Virus record (IMG/VR): IMGVR_UViG_3300037511_000399
Length of the DNA stretch: 60,524 nt
Source of the DNA: a virus
Reading direction: 5' to 3' (one strand)
Made by a program: the position numbers and the translations under genes. Of this stretch, positions 59,856 to 60,524 are shown piece after piece (the stretch's first letter is position 1; every line of letters starts with the position of its first letter). Under the pieces are notes generated by a model. That model did no database searches. It saw only the letters and a program-made list of their open reading frames with translations, and was not told the origin of the DNA.

Positions 59856-60215
59856 ATGCTGCTGACCGATCACCAAACGAACGAAGCGAATCGCGGGCTC
59901 GAGATCGAGCCGGACGAGCGCGACCCGCAGAACGGCAACGCGAGCCACGTCTACAAGCTGCGCTGCAAGGACGGCCCGGAGTACGAACCGATTCGGTTCC
60001 AGCACGGGCCGATCAAGGAAGTCGGGCAGAACGGCGTGACGAACGAGGCGCTGCTCGCGATCGTGATCGATCGTCTGCGCGGGTTTCAGTCGAGCCCGTT
60101 CAGCTGTCGGGAGAACGCCATCGCGCTGACGAAGATCGAGGAAGCGCTGCATTGGCTGCACTCGCGGACGCGAGCTCGCGAGCAGCGCGGAGTCGAGGGA
60201 ACGAACGTCGCCTAG
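59856..60215 (+). CDS. conserved-looking phage protein (119 aa), function unknown
   Basis: In frame of ORF 59487..60215. ATG 59856 after GAGGAG at 59846-59851. Strong codon bias. [56 protein letters not shown]. The start could lie upstream. Confidence 0.65.
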   Translation: MLLTDHQTNEANRGLEIEPDERDPQNGNASHVYKLRCKDGPEYEPIRFQHGPIKEVGQNGVTNEALLAIVIDRLRGFQSSPFSCRENAIALTKIEEALHWLHSRTRAREQRGVEGTNVA

Positions 60216-60304
60216 GCAGCATCGCGCAAAGCTACCGGGCACCCGCGGCCTCATCGGTTGGACGGTCCAACCGCCGCGCGGGCTCGAGTGGGAACAGCAA
60301 GGCC

Positions 60305-60339
60305 CCCGCGGTCGACGCCGAGAGACCGTCGGCCGCGGG
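60305..60339 (+). terminator. 13-bp-stem hairpin downstream of the last rightward early gene
   Basis: CCCGCGGTCGACG (60305-60317) pairs with CGTCGGCCGCGGG (60327-60339) with one mismatch and a 9-nt loop. No T-tract. Confidence 0.4.
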
Positions 60340-60397
60340 CGCCGAGCTCTACACAGGGGCGAAGTCTGCCCCCTTGCTGCCGCGCCGGACGGCTGGG

Positions 60398-60524
60398 GCT
60401 GCACGAGATGGAAGTCTCACCGTGCAGCTGAACAAGCAGGGTGACGACCCCGCGCGATCCGGTGCCATTTCGAAAGCGGGAGAAGTAACTCCCGCAGTTG
60501 GCGCGCCCGGCGTCAGAGCCGCTG
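60398..60524. repeat. second copy of the 127-bp terminal direct repeat
   Basis: Exact match to 1-127. Confidence 0.95.

Noticed and set aside
59483-60524. A frame that stays open from ATG 59483 to the end of the window and continues, across the circular junction, into ORF 25-939 (more than 600 codons in total).
   Set aside because: Only its first ~30 codons (a hydrophobic segment) and its last ~118 codons (586-939) look like coding sequence. In between, a different frame carries the well-formed gene 59856-60215, and the junction region has poor codon bias. I treated it as a chance open frame.

Overview
The window is a complete, circularly closed replicon. Bases 1-127 are identical to bases 60398-60524, which is an assembly-type overlap, so the unit length is about 60.4 kb. 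It reads as a temperate, high-G+C (roughly two-thirds G+C by eye) podovirus-like phage or prophage genome. Adjacent genes very often share 4-nt ATGA/GTGA start-stop overlaps, which I used to choose starts. Because of the G+C content all six frames carry long shadow ORFs; I kept only frames with diverse composition, G/C-rich third positions and coupled starts.

Modules, in order:
- (1) 586-7828 (+): early/replication genes. These include an initiator-like gene with an embedded iteron plus A/T-rich GATC-cluster ori candidate, a RuvC-like resolvase, a Dam-like methyltransferase and a DEDD exonuclease.
- (2) 7869-14796 (+): an accessory block. It is driven by three copies of one promoter-like element and holds a DUF932-like protein, an RHH protein, a lipoprotein with HExxH, a Tat-signal protein and several tiny membrane ORFs.
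- (3) 14793-34792 (+): the virion genes, in T7-like order. They run large terminase, portal, scaffold-like, capsid, adaptor/nozzle-like, then three large internal-virion-like proteins.
- (4) 34804-36133: a tRNA-like element, a palindromic terminator, then a minus-strand cassette that ends in tRNA-Asn.
- (5) 36251-44621 (+): an M15 endolysin with membrane proteins, small beta-rich proteins, and a 1332-aa tail fibre carrying a glycanase-like insert bracketed by 82-bp direct repeats.
- (6) 44627-56788 (-): the leftward early operon. It holds a DPPY methyltransferase, a tyrosine integrase whose ORF runs through a tRNA-Thr-like attP candidate, ASCH, HNH, a Mom-like GNAT, a Sak4-like ATPase, a Gp157-like protein and a small protein ending in an SSB-type DIPF tail.
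- (7) 56795-58216: a cI/Cro-type switch with two TTGACT promoters and CTGCA-N4-TGCAG operators.

No rRNA, CRISPR array, reverse transcriptase, DNA polymerase, replicative helicase/primase or clear small terminase was seen. All family names come from motif recall plus synteny, not from searches.
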